Of a DNA stretch of 64,000 nucleotides, positions 1 to 17,508 are shown piece after piece. Below the pieces are notes generated by a model. It did no database searches, was not told the DNA's origin, and was given only the letters and a program-made list of their open reading frames with translations. Location of the stretch: assembly GCA_009914755.4 (NCBI GenBank), contig CP086569.2, positions 7,072,001 to 7,136,000 of the forward strand, in the 5' to 3' direction. This DNA comes from the human T2T-CHM13v2.0 reference genome, Homo sapiens. The position numbers and the translations under genes were made by a program. Each line of letters starts with the position of its first letter. The first letter of the stretch is position 1.

Positions 1-112
1 TGTCATATGTCATACATATATGTATCATATATATCATACATATGATACATGTATCATATATCATACACATATGTATCATATATATCATGCATATATATAT
101 ATTAGATAGAAG
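1..112. repeat. AT-rich tandem repeat, roughly (TATGTATCATATATCATACA)n
   Basis: A 20-25 bp unit repeats directly from the start of the window. Confidence 0.8.
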
Positions 113-120
113 AAATTATA

Positions 121-236
121 GCCAGGTGCAACAGCTCATACCTGCAATCCCAGAGTTTTGGGAGGCCAAGGCAGGAGGGTTGCTTGAGGCCTGGAGTTCA
201 GCTTAAGCAATGTCTCTATCTCTACAAAATAAATTT
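121..236 (+). mobile_element. Alu fragment (left monomer)
   Basis: Matches the Alu left-arm consensus 'gccaggtgcaacagctcatacctgcaatcccagagttttgggaggccaaggcaggagg'. Confidence 0.85.
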
Positions 237-257
237 TATTATTTTTTTAAATTATCT

Positions 258-549
258 TTTTTTTTTTTGAGATAGAGTCTCACTCTGTTGCACAGGCTGG
301 AGTGCAGTGTTTCAATCTTGGCTCACTGCAACCTCCACTGCCTGGGTTCAAGTGATTCTCCTGCCTCAGCCTCCTGAGTAGCTGAGACTATGGGCATGCA
401 CCAGCATGCCCGTCTAATTTTTGTATTTTTAGTTGAGACAGGGTTTAACCATGTTGGCCAGTCTTGTCTTGAACTCCTGACCTTTTGATCTGCCTGCCTT
501 GGCCTCACAAAGTGCTTGGATTACAGGCATGAACCACTGTACACAGCCC
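258..549 (-). mobile_element. Alu (full length, antisense)
   Basis: Poly-T followed by 'gagatagagtctcactctgttgcacaggctggagtgcagtg ... gattacaggcatgaaccactg'. Confidence 0.9.
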
Positions 550-566
550 AAAATAAATTTTAAATA

Positions 567-726
567 TTAGCCGACCATGGTGGCATGCATCTGTAGTCCC
601 AGCTACGTGGGAGGCTGAGGCAGGAGGATCACTTGAGTTCAGGAGGTCAAGGCTGCAGGAGCCATGATTGCACTACTGCACTCCAGCCTGGGCAATGGAG
701 CTAGACCCCACCTCTTAAAAGAAAAC
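567..726 (+). mobile_element. Alu right-arm fragment
   Basis: 'ttagccgaccatggtggcatgcatctgtagtcccagctacgtgggaggctgaggcaggagg ... ctgcactccagcctgggcaatgg'. Confidence 0.8.
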
Positions 727-859
727 CATGATGTCTAAGTCTTAAGAAAAATTTAATTATTCACAAGCAATCATATTGCCTTAGCATTCATGGCAACGGT
801 GCATTAATAACGTTGGTTTATTAGAGCTGTTCAAACTTGAATGGAAGAGGTACAAGACT

Positions 860-1010
860 AAAGTCAATGATTATGGGTTTTCACTTCTCCTTTTCATGAG
901 TGGTGGCTACACCAAAAGCCCAGACTTTACCACTATGCAATCTGTGCTTGTTAGAAATCTGCACTTGTACCCCTGAAATACATTGAAAAAATAAATAATA
1001 ATTAAATGAA
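860..1010 (+). mobile_element. Old L1 (L1M/L1PB-type) extreme 3' UTR fragment
   Basis: '...ccactatgcaatctgtgcttgttagaaatctgcacttgtacccctgaaatacatt' resembles the L1 3' end seen in sense at 63700-63830. Confidence 0.5.
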
Positions 1011-1236
1011 AAGTGTCAAATTTAACTTTTCTTCACAGGATTTCTCCATAAGATCTTTGGCACTTTGGTCAGTTTATCCAAACTTCAAACATTCCAGATT
1101 TCTAGGGGTACATCATGGAATTTCTAAGGGTACATCAAGGTATTGTAAGTATATGGTCCTGTCCCTAAAAGAAAAATGACACAGTTAAGATGACAAATTT
1201 GTAACATACACATATAAAGACACACATTCATAGTAT

Positions 1237-1434
1237 GTCTATACATGTTATAAGCTTACAAATCTACATAGCAAAAGTGCATCTACATCGCAAAAGTGCA
1301 TGTACATCAAAGCAACCCATGAAACAGTAGATTATACATATTATAAGCATACACCTGTGTCTATACATGTTATAAGCATGCAAATCTACTAGCAAAAGTG
1401 TATCTACATCAAAGCAACCTGTGAAATAGTAGAT
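1237..1434. repeat. Local tandem duplication, about 100-bp unit in 2 copies
   Basis: 'gtctatacatgttataagc(t/a)t(a/g)caaatctac(at)agcaaaagtg(c/t)atctacatc...aaagcaacc(c/t)(a/g)tgaaa(c/t)agtagatt' occurs at 1237-1340 and again at 1358-1434. Confidence 0.6.
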
Positions 1435-1513
1435 TCAAACAAATGAAGGAATAAATTTTTTTGGAGAGGATGGGAAGCGGGGTCGGGGATGGTATATTTG
1501 TCAGCTTGGGCTG

Positions 1514-1856
1514 CTGTATTAGTCTGTTCTCATGCTGCTAATAAAGACGTTCTTGAAACTGGGTAATTTATAAAGGAAATAAGTTAATGGACTCACAGTT
1601 CGACATGGCTTGGGAGGCCTCACAATCATGGCAGAAGATGAAGGGATGTCTTACATGGCAGACAAGAGAGCTTGTGCAGGGGAACTCCCATTTATAAAAC
1701 CATCAGATCTCATGAGACTTACTCACTACCATGAGAACACTATGGAGAAAACTGCCCCCCATGATTCAATTATCTCCACCTGGCCCTGCTCTTGACATGT
1801 GGGGATTATTACAATTCCAGGTGAGATTTGGGTAGTGACACAGCCAAACAATATCA
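1514..1856 (-). mobile_element. MaLR solo LTR (THE1/MST family), antisense
   Basis: This is the reverse complement of the THE1-type LTR: '...gggtaatttataaaggaaataagttaatggactcacagttcgacatggcttgggaggcctcacaatcatggcagaag...gatttgggtagtgacacagccaaacaatatca'. Confidence 0.8.
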
Positions 1857-2035
1857 GCTGTGATAACAATATATCATAGAGTGAGTGGCTTATAAACAGC
1901 CAGTATTTATTGCTCACAGCTCTGGAAGCTGGAAGTTCACGACCATAGCATGGCAGCTTTGGTGTCTGGTGAGGACTTGTAGATGCCTGCTTTTTTCCTG
2001 TGCCCTCACATGGCTTTTTCTCAGTGTGTGTGAAA

Positions 2036-2078
2036 GAGAGAGAGAGAGAGAGAGATGGAGGGAGAGAGAGAGAGAGAG
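2036..2078. repeat. (GA)n microsatellite
   Basis: 'agagagagagagagatggagggagagagagagagagag'. Confidence 0.9.
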
Positions 2079-2480
2079 AGCTCTGTTGTGCCTCCTATGA
2101 GGGCACCATAATAGTTCATTTTATAGGTCAATTTGACTGAGCCACAGGATGCCAAGATATTTGGTTAAACATTGTTTCTGAATGTGTCTGTGAAGGTGTT
2201 TTTAGAAGGGATATTAGCATTTGAATTGGTGGAATAATTAAGGCAGATTATCCCCCTTATATGGTTAGGTATTCAATTTGTTGCAGGCCTCACTAGACCA
2301 AAACGTTGACAGGAAGTTGAATTAACTATCTGCGTCCTTGCCCTGAGACGCTGATCTCTTCCTTAGCTCTCCTGGTTCTCAGACCTTCAGGATCTGACTG
2401 AAATCTACCCTGGAATCTATAACACAGTCTCTCCTGGGTCTCCAGTTGTAGATAGTGGGTCAGTTTTCAGCCTCCATAAT

Positions 2481-2612
2481 TGCCCAGGATGGAGTGCAGT
2501 GGCACAATCATACCTCATTGCAACCTCAACTTCCGGGTATCAAGTAATCCTCCAGTCTCAGTCTCCCTGAGTAGCTGGGACTAGTCATGTGCCTGCACAC
2601 CCAGCTGTGTAT
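2481..2612 (-). mobile_element. Alu fragment (antisense)
   Basis: 'attgcccaggatggagtgcagtggcacaatcatacctcattgcaacctcaacttccgggtatcaagtaatcctccagtctcagtctccctgagtagctgggact'. Confidence 0.7.
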
Positions 2613-5600
2613 TTCATCTTATAAGGATATAAAATTATATCATTCATCTTCTTGTTGACTTCTTGTAACCACCATGAAAGCATGACTCTTGTCTGTCTTA
2701 TCCTCTTCCCTATGTCCAGAACTTGGCACATACTAGCAGCTCTACAATTAGTTGTTGCATAAATGGCAAATTTATTTTTTTTAGGGAGTATTGCATTCTC
2801 TGCCTAGAAGTCCCTGCCCCCTCTCCCTTCCCCAGAAGGAAACTTCTTACTGGCTAAGATGCTGTTCTAACCTCAGTGCTTCCAAAGGAGCCTCAGCAAG
2901 TCAGGGGCTATCACTTAAAACGTATTTATCCCCAAATTCAGATATGATTTGTTTCAAGGAATGCACTGCAAGTATTTACAGAATGAACCATTGAAGCAGG
3001 AAAAGGAACTGGCATGAGCAAATTCTCTGTTTCTGTTACAATATAAGAGGTTGTGTCAGTCAGAGCTATTGGCACATAACAAAGAATCCAAATATGCAGT
3101 GGGTTAAAAAAATCTATGTTATATACTCACCATCCTTTGGGACAAAAATTCAGGCTGTACTCAATGGGTGCTCTGAGATCTACCAAGTAGAGGCCCAGAA
3201 TGATGCTGAGAATCCTACAATGCACATGGCAGCTTCCATGACAAATAATTTTCTGGCCCCAACTGTCAATGGTGCGAGTGCTCAACAACAACAAAAACCT
3301 ACATCTTCTAAGTCCAAGTTTATTAGGTACATTTCTTTTCTTTTCTTTTTTGACTTTATTTTACTTTTTTTTTTTTTAAATAATGAAATGCCTCACGAAT
3401 TTACCTGTCATCATTGCATGGGCCTTTCTAATATTATCTGTATCATCCCAATTTTAGTATATATGTTGCCAAAGTCAGCACATTAGGTACATTTTTAACC
3501 TTCGAAGTCTTCCAAGTCACTGCAGGCTACAGTTTTACTCTTCCAACACAACATACCACTGGTTACCATTTTTTTTCCTAGCCTTCGGTAGCAGTTACCT
3601 TACTATTTTCCCAAACTTCATTCACCACTCAGTTTCAAAGCCAATGAAACATGTTTTAAGCTTTGGTATAATAGGAACCCCCACCCACTTCAGTATGAAT
3701 TTTGGGATCTGTTACCTATTTTTTGATATAAAATCAACTGCAAGTTTAGTGCCTCAGTATCACAAACACTGTATTTGCTCATATGTCTGTGAATCAATAA
3801 CTTGGACTGGGTTCAGTTGGGCAGTTCTTCTATTGGTCTTGCCTGGGGTCTTTAATGCAGCTTCCATTTTCTGGCAGCTTGATGAGACTGGATGGTCTAA
3901 GGTACATTCATGAACACATCTGTTTGGTGGACTTGTCTGTCAGCCTCGAGTACTGAGGCCACCCCATATGAAGAAGCCAGGGTAGCCTTTTTGAAATGAG
4001 TCACCGTGAGAAAGATTCAGCTGACAGCCAGCACCAATGGCCAGCCATGTGAGTAGGCTCCCAGTTTACACCATCCATTTTCAGTCAAACTGTCAGAGGA
4101 CTGAGACCATGTAAGCGACCTTCACGAAGACCCACAGAAGAACCATCCAGCTGAGCTCAGCCTGAAATTTTTGACCCAAAGAATGATGCACAAATAGAAC
4201 GGTGATTGTCTTTAGCTCCTAAGTGTTGGGGTGTTTGTTACACAGCAATAGATAATGGATATGGCTCCATGGAAATATGGAAGCTCCCACTCCTATATTT
4301 ATAAGTAGTTCCAACATGGAAAAGAAGCTCACTATTGATTCTGTGAGGCTAAAACTTACGTGAAGGTAGTAGAAAGCCAGTGAGCAAGTGGTGGCTGGTT
4401 TGAGCTAAAGTGCCTCCTCAGGGAAGCATACCCTTCCTAAATTGCTGCATTGTGGGTCTGGACCAAGGTGAGCTTGGGTTTCGAGGGCAGTTCCCTTACA
4501 GCAGGGGAAGTTACACACAGTGAAATAGACTTACAGTCACTCGTTGCTTAATGATGAGGAAAGAAGATTGTTCATTTTTTATTTATTTGGTATTAAATCA
4601 CTGAATATTTTTTATATGTACAAGTCTTCTGAGACTACTTAATATACTATTTTGACCTTTCTTCTTTAAAAGCATAAAGTCATATTTTTTTCCTAAAGGT
4701 AGAAATCTGGAAGAGATTTAAATGATGATCAAAACAGCAAATCCATGAATTTTTAATGGTTTCTAAACTTGAATGGTTTCTAAACTTGGTTTCTAAAATC
4801 AGATTTTGACTCCCTGGCCTTGCACAAATTCTTATTTTTTCTTCAACTCATCTAAGATTTAATTTTATATGATGCATAGCTTTTCCTTCCAATTATATTT
4901 AACCTCTTTGTAACATTTCAAAAATATACAAATAATCTAAAGGATCATTTTAAACTTTCTTTCCCCCGGCACAGGACATACTTAAAAAATATGATTTAAA
5001 CCGGGTGATGATTTTCTAGAAAAAATTTATCGCAATCACAAGGAAGGAATTGAGCAAATTGAGGGCAACATAGGGAAATGAAAATTAAGTTCACAATTCA
5101 TAAGTAAATGTAAAATTAAGTTTACCTTTCTTTCTATGTAAGTCAATAAAAAGTTAGCAAATATTAGTAAAATTCCCCCAAAGGTCCCTACCCTACATAA
5201 ATGCATGTGTGTGTGTACAGAAGCATTGTAATGAAACACTTAATCTCCTTTGCCCTTAACTAGAACCAGATGCCTTGGGAAGGAGGTTGAGGCGGGCTAG
5301 CTGAAGAACTTCTACTGTATTGCAAATTACGCTGAAGGGACTTTCAGAAATGAGCTACTTTTCCCCATCTCCTTTCAGCAGTTTTCTGGAGCTGGAAATG
5401 AAAAACCTGTACCCCTGACTTACTGGACCTTAGGATTTAAAAATCACCACCTTCATTTATCATTCCTTCATTGGCAGTTGTAAAGGGAACTAAGTAGTCT
5501 ATTCATTTACTCAAATAGTTATTCAGCGCTACCATTTACCAGCATCATGCCAGGTAAGACCCCTGAGCCTCTAGGTGCTTTCTATATGTGTGGTGGGGGA

Positions 5601-5959
5601 GTGGACACATAAACAACAATCATCATGGACATGGTGTGTGATGGGTGCAGGGGACAGGGAGGGGCCTCAGGGAAGCTGGGCTGGCCAGAGGGCAGGCAGA
5701 AAGTGGTGTTAGGGCGAAGAGACAGAGGCGGTGAGAAAAGCTGTTCCCGGAAACACCCCCTAGGAGTGATTAGATTTGAAGGGTGGGTAGGAAGTGGATG
5801 AGGCCAGTCAGTGAATGTCCTTGTTTACCATTTCACTCATTTTCCAAAAAAAAAGTGTTTCATTTAAAATGTTGGTACATTTTATAAATCTCTATCTCTC
5901 AGTCTTTCTCTGCATATATCAACATACATATAATAATAAAGAGATGAGAATAAATAGAA

Positions 5960-6410
5960 TCGATAGATAAAATATAATAGATGACAGACAGCTTATATTG
6001 ATTAGACAGATAATGATAGATGATACATAGATTCAATAGATAGATAGATAGATAGATAAATAAATATATAGATAATGACCGATAATAGATTCAGTAGATG
6101 GATGGTTGGATAGACAGATAGATATTGATAGATGATAGATTCAATAGATGAATGGATGGATGGATAGATATATGATAGATACATAGATAATGATAGATGA
6201 TTAGATTCAGTAGATGTCTGGTTGGATAGCTAGGTATGTGATAGACAGATAAGGATAGATGATAGATTCAGTAGATGGATGGATAGATGATAAATAGCTA
6301 GCTAGCTACACAGGTACATTCAATACATGAATGAACGGATGGATAAATGGATGAATAGATGGATGGATAGGTATAGAAAGATGATGGATAGATGAATAGA
6401 TAGGTAGATA
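5960..6410 (+). repeat. Complex (GATA)n/(GATG)n/(GGAT)n microsatellite
   Basis: 'gatagatagatagatagataaataaatat...gatggatggttggatagacagatagatattgatagatgatagat...'. Confidence 0.85.
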
Positions 6411-6599
6411 ATTTTACCAGCTTTAAAAAATTTCAACAAATATCTAGCTTACCATTTTTATATTTCATATGGTTTTTTGATAATTTATATTTTTTATGGA
6501 TAGTTTAAACAGCTTTTGAAGACTTCAAGCAAATATTCATTGACTTTTAGATTTTGTTTTTCTATTAGCTTTCTGAGAATGTCTAATTTATCTGCTTTC

Positions 6600-6900
6600 C
6601 CAGAGTCATTACAGCACTATTCACAATAGCCAGAATGTGGAGCCAACCAAAGTGTCTATCAGTGGATGAATGAGTAAAGAAAATGTGGTTTGTATACACA
6701 ATGGAATGCTATTAAGTCTTAAAGAAAGAAGTGTTAGCATTTGCAACAACATGGATGAACCTGGAGGACATTATGCTAAGTGAAATAAGCCAGGCACAGA
6801 ATGACTGTTCTGTGCAGGAGATGTGCAAGGGGAGAAGAAAAGACACACACACAATACCTTTAAGGGTAAACAACCTTTATCCCATGTAAATGGCAATGGA
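6600..6900 (+). mobile_element. Old L1 3'-end fragment (ORF2 C-terminus and start of 3' UTR), sense
   Basis: 'tattcacaatagccagaatgtggagccaaccaaagtgtctatcagtggatgaatg...acaacatggatgaacctggaggacattatgctaagtgaaataagccaggcacag'. These bases encode the L1 ORF2p C-terminal motifs (FTIAKTWNQPKCP...MDEPGGHYAK). Confidence 0.65.
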
Positions 6901-6974
6901 GATATAATAAGCAAGTGATATAATAAGCAAATTGATATAATAAGCAAATTGCAATGGGAAGGGGAGAGGGAAAA

Positions 6975-7190
6975 GATATATATATATCATACATATATAC
7001 ACTCATATCACGTATATCATATATATATATTTACATATACTCAACATATATAATATATATTATACCCTATATATATTATATATAATATATATTATACCCT
7101 ATATATATATTATATATAATATATATTATACTCAACATATATATTATACCCAATATATATATTATATATATAATATATATACTCAACAGA
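6975..7190. repeat. AT-rich simple/tandem repeat, (TATATAAT/ACCC)n-like
   Basis: 'atatatattataccctatatatattatatataatatatattataccctatatat...'. Confidence 0.85.
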
Positions 7191-7595
7191 CTACGGATGA
7201 TTCATCACCAGACTGGGAAGCAACTGCCTGGGATTCAAAGTCGGCCACCTGTCTGTGCACAGACAAGGAGTGGTCTCATGAAACTCTGGCACAGTCTGGG
7301 GCCCTAGCTCTTTTTGTAATGAGTTGTTTGGCATGAGGCCCAGTCATGAGAGCCGATCGTGACTGGGCTCAAGGGACACAAGAAAAGTCAACTTGTTTTT
7401 GCAATTATCTTTCAATAACTATTTCTCCATAACAGCACTGGATAAATGCCTCAAGGGACTCACACAACCTTTTCCGGGACTTGGTGACCATTGTTTGTGT
7501 CCATGTTCAATTGAGTTCGAATTTATGTATTTAACTTTTCCTCCGTAATGACACATACTGCATGATCTCAGATATGAAATCTTTGTATTATTTAG

Positions 7596-7790
7596 TTCAA
7601 GATTCTCAATGTGGGTGCTGTTGACACTTGGGGCTGGAGGAGGCTCTGTGGTGTGGCTGTACTGTGCACTTGTAGGGTGTTGAGCAGCATCCCTGGGCTC
7701 CACCCACCAGAAGCAAGGAACATCCACTCTCCAATCATAACACAAAATGTCTCCAGAGGTTGCAAATGGCTCCTGATGGTTTGAAAGTCA
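7596..7790 (+). mobile_element. Old mammalian interspersed repeat, family not named with confidence
   Basis: 'ggtgctgttgacacttggggctgg...ctgtgcacttgtagggtgttgagcagcatccctgggctccacccaccagaag...acaaaatgtctccagaggttgcaaatggctcctg' matches a widespread repeat consensus ('...tgcattgtaggatgtttagcagcatccctggcctctacccactagatgccagtagcaccc...aaaatgtctccagacattgccaaatgtcccctgg'). A second copy lies at 17020-17215 in the opposite orientation. Confidence 0.5.
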
Positions 7791-7921
7791 AAGACAGTAC
7801 ATGCTCAAGACTTAACATACATTTCAAAATGACTTCAAAAGAAACTCAGAAAAAATAAATCATCATCTAGGAATCAGGTGCCCACTTAGGAGCCCTTGGT
7901 GAGAGGAAAAGAGATATCTCA

Positions 7922-8330
7922 GCTGGGCTCAGTAGCTCACTCTTGTAATTCCAGCATGTTGGGAGGCTGAGGTGGGTGGATTACTTGAGTTCCAGAGTTC
8001 TAGACCAGCTTGGGCAACTTTGCAAAACCTGCTCTCTATAAAAAATACAAAAGTGAGCCAGGTGTGGTGGCATGTGCCTTGAGTCTCAGCTATTTGGGAG
8101 GCTGAGTCAGGAGGATTGCTTGAGCCCGGGAGTATGAGACCAGCCTGGGCTATCCATACAAAAAATAAAAATAATTAGCCAGGAATGGTGGTGCATCCCT
8201 GTAGTATCAGCTACTCAGGAGGCTGAGGTAGGAGGATTGTTTAAGGCTGGGAGGTTGAGGCTGCAGTGAGCCATGATTGCACCACTGCACTGCAGCCTGA
8301 GTGAGATCATGTCTTAAAAAACAAAAAAAA
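7922..8330 (+). mobile_element. About 1.3 Alu units in tandem (Alu plus partial Alu), ending in poly-A
   Basis: 'gctgggctcagtagctcactcttgtaattccagcatgttgggaggctgaggtgggtggattacttgag...' with repeated right-arm motifs and a terminal 'aaaaaacaaaaaaaaa'. Confidence 0.85.
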
Positions 8331-9324
8331 AGGAGAGGGTTCCAAGATGGCCGAACAGGAAGAGCTGCAATCTACGGCTCCCAGTGTGAGCGACGCAGAA
8401 GACAGGTAGCTTCTGCATTTCCAACTGAGGTACTGGGTTCATCTCACTGGGGCTTGTTGGACAGTGAATGAAGCCCACGGAGGGCAAGCCAAAGCAGGGT
8501 GTGCCATCACCTCACCCAGGAAGTGCAAGGGGTTGGGGAATTCCCTTTACTAGCCAAAGGAAGCTGTGACAGATGGTACCTGGAAAATCGGGACACTCCC
8601 ATCCTATACTGTTCCTTTCACATGTTCTTAGCGAATGGCACACCAGGACATTATATCCCACACCTGGCTCAGAGGGTCCCACGCCCACGGAGCCTTGCAC
8701 AGCAGTCTGAGATTGAACTGCAAGGTGGCAGCAAGGCTGGGGGAGGGGCGTCTGCCATTGCTGAGGCTTCAGCCAGTAAACAAAGTGGCCAGAAACCTCA
8801 AATGGGGTGGAACCCACTGCAGCTCAAGAAGGCCTGCCTCCCTCTGTAGACTCCACTGGAGGAAGGGCATAGCTGAATAAAAGGCAGCAGAAACTTCTGC
8901 AGACATAAATGTCCCTGTCTGACAGCTTTGAGGAGACTAGTGGTTCTCTCAGCATGGAGTTTGAGATCTGAGAACAGACAGACTGCCTCCTTAAGTGGAT
9001 CCCTGACCCCCAAGTAGTCTAACTGGGAGACACCTCCCAGTAGGGGCTGACTGACACCTCATACAGCTGGGTGCCCCTCTAAGATGAAGCTTCCAGAGGA
9101 AGGATCAGGCAGCAACATTTGTTGTTCTGCAATATTTGCTGTTCTGCAGCCCCTGCTGATGATACCCGGGAAAACAGGGTCTGGAGTGGACCTCCAGCAA
9201 ACTCAAACAGATCCGCAGCTGAGAGTCCTGACTGTTAGAAGGAAAACTAACAAACATAAAGGACATCCACACCAAAACTCCATCTCTAGGTCACCACCAT
9301 CAAAGACCAAAGTTAAATAAAAAC

Positions 9325-10145
9325 CACAAAGATTGGGAGAAAACAGAACAGAAAAGCTGAAAATTCCAAAAATCAGAGCACCTTCTTCTCCTCCAAAGGA
9401 ACACAGCTCCTATCCAGCAACAGAACAAAGCTAGACAGTGAATGACTTTGATGAGTTGACATAAATAGGCCTCAGAAGATCAGTAATAACAAACTTCTCC
9501 AAGCTAAAGGAGGATGTTCGAACCCATCACAAACAGGCTAAAAATCTTGAAAAAAGATTAGACAAATGGCTAAATAAAGACCAAATCTACATCTGATTGG
9601 TGTACCTGAAAGTGACAGGGAGAGTGGACCAAGTTGGAAAACACTCTTCAGGATATTATCCAAGAGAACTTGCCCAACCTAGCATGGCAGGCCAACATTC
9701 AAATTCAGAAAATACATAGAATGCCACAAAGATACTCCTTGAGAAGAGCAACTCCAAGACACATAATTATCAGATTCTCTGAATTTGAAATGAAGGTAAA
9801 AATGTTAAGGGCAGCCAGAAGGAAAGGTTGGGTTACCCACAAAGGGATACCCATCAGACTAACAGCAGATCTCTTGGCAGAAACTCTACAAACCAGAAGA
9901 GTGGGGGCCAATATTCAACATTGTTAAAGAAAATAATTTTCAACACAGAATTTCATATTGAGCCAAACTAAGTTTCATAAGTGAAGGAGAAAAAAATCCT
10001 TTACAGACAAGCAAATACTGAGAGATTTTGTCACCACCAGGCCTGCCTTACAAGAGCTCCTGAAGGAAGCACTAAACATGGAAAGGAAAAATTGATATCA
10101 GCCACTACAAAAACATGCCAAATTTTAAAGACCATCGATGCTAGG
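9325..10145 (+). pseudogene. L1 ORF1 remnant, disrupted by multiple stops/frameshifts
   Basis: The ORF-track peptide 'MENTLQDIIQENLPNLAWQANIQIQKIHRMPQRYSLRRATPRHIIIRFSEFEMKVKMLRAARRKGWVTHKGIPIRLTADLLAETLQTRR' is the ORF1p C-terminal domain. The N-terminal region is recognisable only with stops. Confidence 0.6.
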
Positions 10146-10191
10146 AAGAAACTGCATCAACTAATGAGCAAAATAACAAGCTAACATCATA

Positions 10192-13919
<3,728 letters not shown>

Positions 13920-14279
13920 ACAATGAGAACACCTGGACACAGGAAAGCGAACATCACACACCAGGACCTGTCATAGGGTGGGGGCGGGGGGAGGGATAAC
14001 ATTAGGAGAAATACCTAATGTAAATGATGAGTTAATGAGTGCAGCACACCAACATGGCACATGTATACATATGTAACAAACCTGCACATTGTGCACATGT
14101 ACCCTAGAACTTAAAGTGTATATATAAAAAAAAGTATGTCCATCCATGCACAGACCTTGCTGTATTTATCACATTTATCATGTTGATTTTATGGATGAAC
14201 ATCTTCCTTTAGTTCCCTGTCCAATCCAGCTGGATTTCATTCAGCCCTCCTTGGTTAGCACAATAAGCACGCTTTTGTC

Positions 14280-14903
14280 AGCGGTGTTGCAACACAAGTG
14301 ACTACATCTTGAATAGGAGCTGAATAAAATAAGGCTGAGATCTATTGTGCTGCATTCCCAAGAGTTACGGCATCCTTAGTCACAGGATGTGATAGGAACT
14401 TAGTACAAGATTACAAGATACAACGTGACAAAGACCTCGCTGATAAAACAGTTTGCAGTAAAGAAGTCAGCCAAATCCCACCAAAACCAAGATGGTGACA
14501 AGAGTAACCTCTGGTCATTGTAACTGCTCATTATACATTCATAATGCATTAGCTGCTAAAAGTCACTGCCACAAGAGCCAGGACAGTTTACAGATGTCAT
14601 GACTACCTCAGGAAGTCACCCTCTATGGTCTAAAAAGGGGAGGAACCCTCAGAATTACCTACCCCTTTCCTGGAAAACTCATGACTAATTCACCCCTTGT
14701 TTAGCATATAATCAATAAATAACCATAAACATAGGCAGCCAGCAGCCTATGCTGCTGCTTTGCCTATGAAGCAGCTATTCTTTATTCCTTTACTTTCTTA
14801 ATATACTTCCTTTCATTTTACTCTGTGGACTCGCCCTGAATTCTCTCTTGCACGAGATCCAACAACCCTCTCTTGAGGTTTGGACTGGGACCCCTTTCTG
14901 GTA
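14280..14903 (+). mobile_element. Class-I ERV LTR-like sequence (3' part resembles HERV9/LTR12-type R-U5); probably a solo LTR
   Basis: '...caataaataaccataaacataggcagcc...ctttcattttactctgtggactcgccctgaattctctcttgcacgagatccaacaaccctctcttgaggtttggactgggacccctttc' shows a poly(A) signal and an LTR-end motif. No primer-binding site follows. The 5' boundary is unclear. Confidence 0.4.
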
Positions 14904-15328
14904 AGGCTTTCACTTTACATTCCTGCCATCCCTGGAGGGAGGAGGTCCTGTCTTCGCTGGAAAGCCATGCGGTGCTGGACTGTGGTTATTCGCTGTGGTT
15001 TATCTGAACCCAAAAAGAAAAAACAATTTTCCTGGGGCCACTCCTGGCCTGGAAAGATTGACCTTATATCAGGCTGCCTTAATCCCTCCCTTATTTCCAC
15101 ATTGTAGTCTGAAATTATATCAAGTGTAGAGGGAAGTGAATATCTTAGGACAGAGGCTTGAACTGGGAAAATGGATGTTATCTTCGTAATGTAAAGAAAA
15201 ATAATGGGATGCTACAACAAAGAACCCAACCTCGCTTGGTGAGGAGACATTTGAGAAAGAATAGACATGCATTGCAGTTTTAGACTAGAACAGTGGTTCT
15301 TTTTAAACATTATTTTATTATTTATTAT

Positions 15329-15481
15329 TTTTAGAGACGAGGTCTTGTTCTGTTGCCCACACTAGAGTACAGTGGTGTGATCATAGCTCGCCGCAGCCTT
15401 CAAATCCCAGGCTCAAGCGATCCTCCTGCCTCAGCCTCCTGAGTAGTTGGGACTACAGGTGTCTGCCACCATGCCCAGCTC
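15329..15481 (-). mobile_element. Alu fragment (antisense)
   Basis: 'tttttagagacgaggtcttgttctgttgcccacactagagtacagtggtgtgatcatagctc...gactacaggtgtctgccaccatgcccagc'. Confidence 0.8.
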
Positions 15482-15500
15482 ATTTTTAAAAGTTGTTTGT

Positions 15501-15812
15501 CGGATGGGTGCAGTGGCTCACGCCTGTAATCCCAGCACTTTGGGAGGTGGAGGAGGGTGGATCATGAGGTCAGGAGATTGAGACCATCGTGACTAACATG
15601 GTGGAACCCCATTTCTACTAAAAACACAAAAAACTAGCTGGGCATGGTCACGGGCACCTGTAGTCCCAGCTACTCAGGAGGCTGAGGCAGGAGAATGGTG
15701 TAAACCCAGGGGGACGGGGGGGCGGTGGAGCTTTCAGTGAGCCAAGATTGCACCACTGCACTCCAGCCTGGGTGACAGAGTGAAACTCCATCTCAAAACA
15801 AGAAAAAAAAAT
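15501..15812 (+). mobile_element. Alu (full length)
   Basis: 'cggatgggtgcagtggctcacgcctgtaatcccagcactttgggaggtggaggagggtggatcatgaggtcaggag...ctccagcctgggtgacagagtgaaactccatctcaaaacaagaaaaaaaa'. Confidence 0.9.
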
Positions 15813-15817
15813 TGTTT

Positions 15818-15937
15818 TTTAATGTGGTCTCACTATGTTGCCCAGCCTGGTTGTCCCCAATTCCTGGCTTCAAGCAGTCCTCCTGCCTCTGCCTCCCAAA
15901 GTGCTGGGCTTATAGGCATAAGCCACCATACCTGGCT
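15818..15937 (-). mobile_element. Alu fragment (antisense)
   Basis: 'ggtctcactatgttgcccagcctggttg...cctcccaaagtgctgggcttataggcataagccaccatacctggc'. Confidence 0.8.
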
Positions 15938-17215
<1,278 letters not shown>

Positions 17216-17218
17216 CTA

Positions 17219-17508
17219 GGCCAGGTACAGTGGCTCACACCTGTAATCCCAGCACTTCAGGAAACTGAGTCAGGAGAATCACTTACTATCAGGAGTTCGA
17301 GATCACCCTGGCCAACATGGCGAAATCCCATGTGTACTAAAAATACAAAAATTAGCCAAATGTGGTGGTAGGTGCCTGTTGTCCCAGCTACTTGGGAGTC
17401 TGATGCAGGAGAATCACTTGAACCCAGGAGGTGGAGGTTGCAGTGAGCCTAGAACATGCCACTGCACTCCAGCCAGACTCCATCTCGAAAAACAAAAAAA
17501 ACAACAAC
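17219..17508 (+). mobile_element. Alu
   Basis: 'ggccaggtacagtggctcacacctgtaatcccagcacttcagg...gcactccagccagactccatctcgaaaaacaaaaaaaa'. Confidence 0.9.

Noticed and set aside
3094-3913. ORFs of 130 and 89 aa near 3.1-3.9 kb.
   Set aside because: They contain poly-Q and low-complexity stretches, sit next to T-rich simple sequence (3290-3400) and have no recognisable homology. The region may be a degenerate old repeat I cannot name.
8499-9013. Several ORFs (116, 101, 81, 71 aa) on both strands.
   Set aside because: They are located in the L1 5' UTR, which commonly contains spurious ORFs (this is also the L1 antisense ORF0 region). They are not cellular genes.
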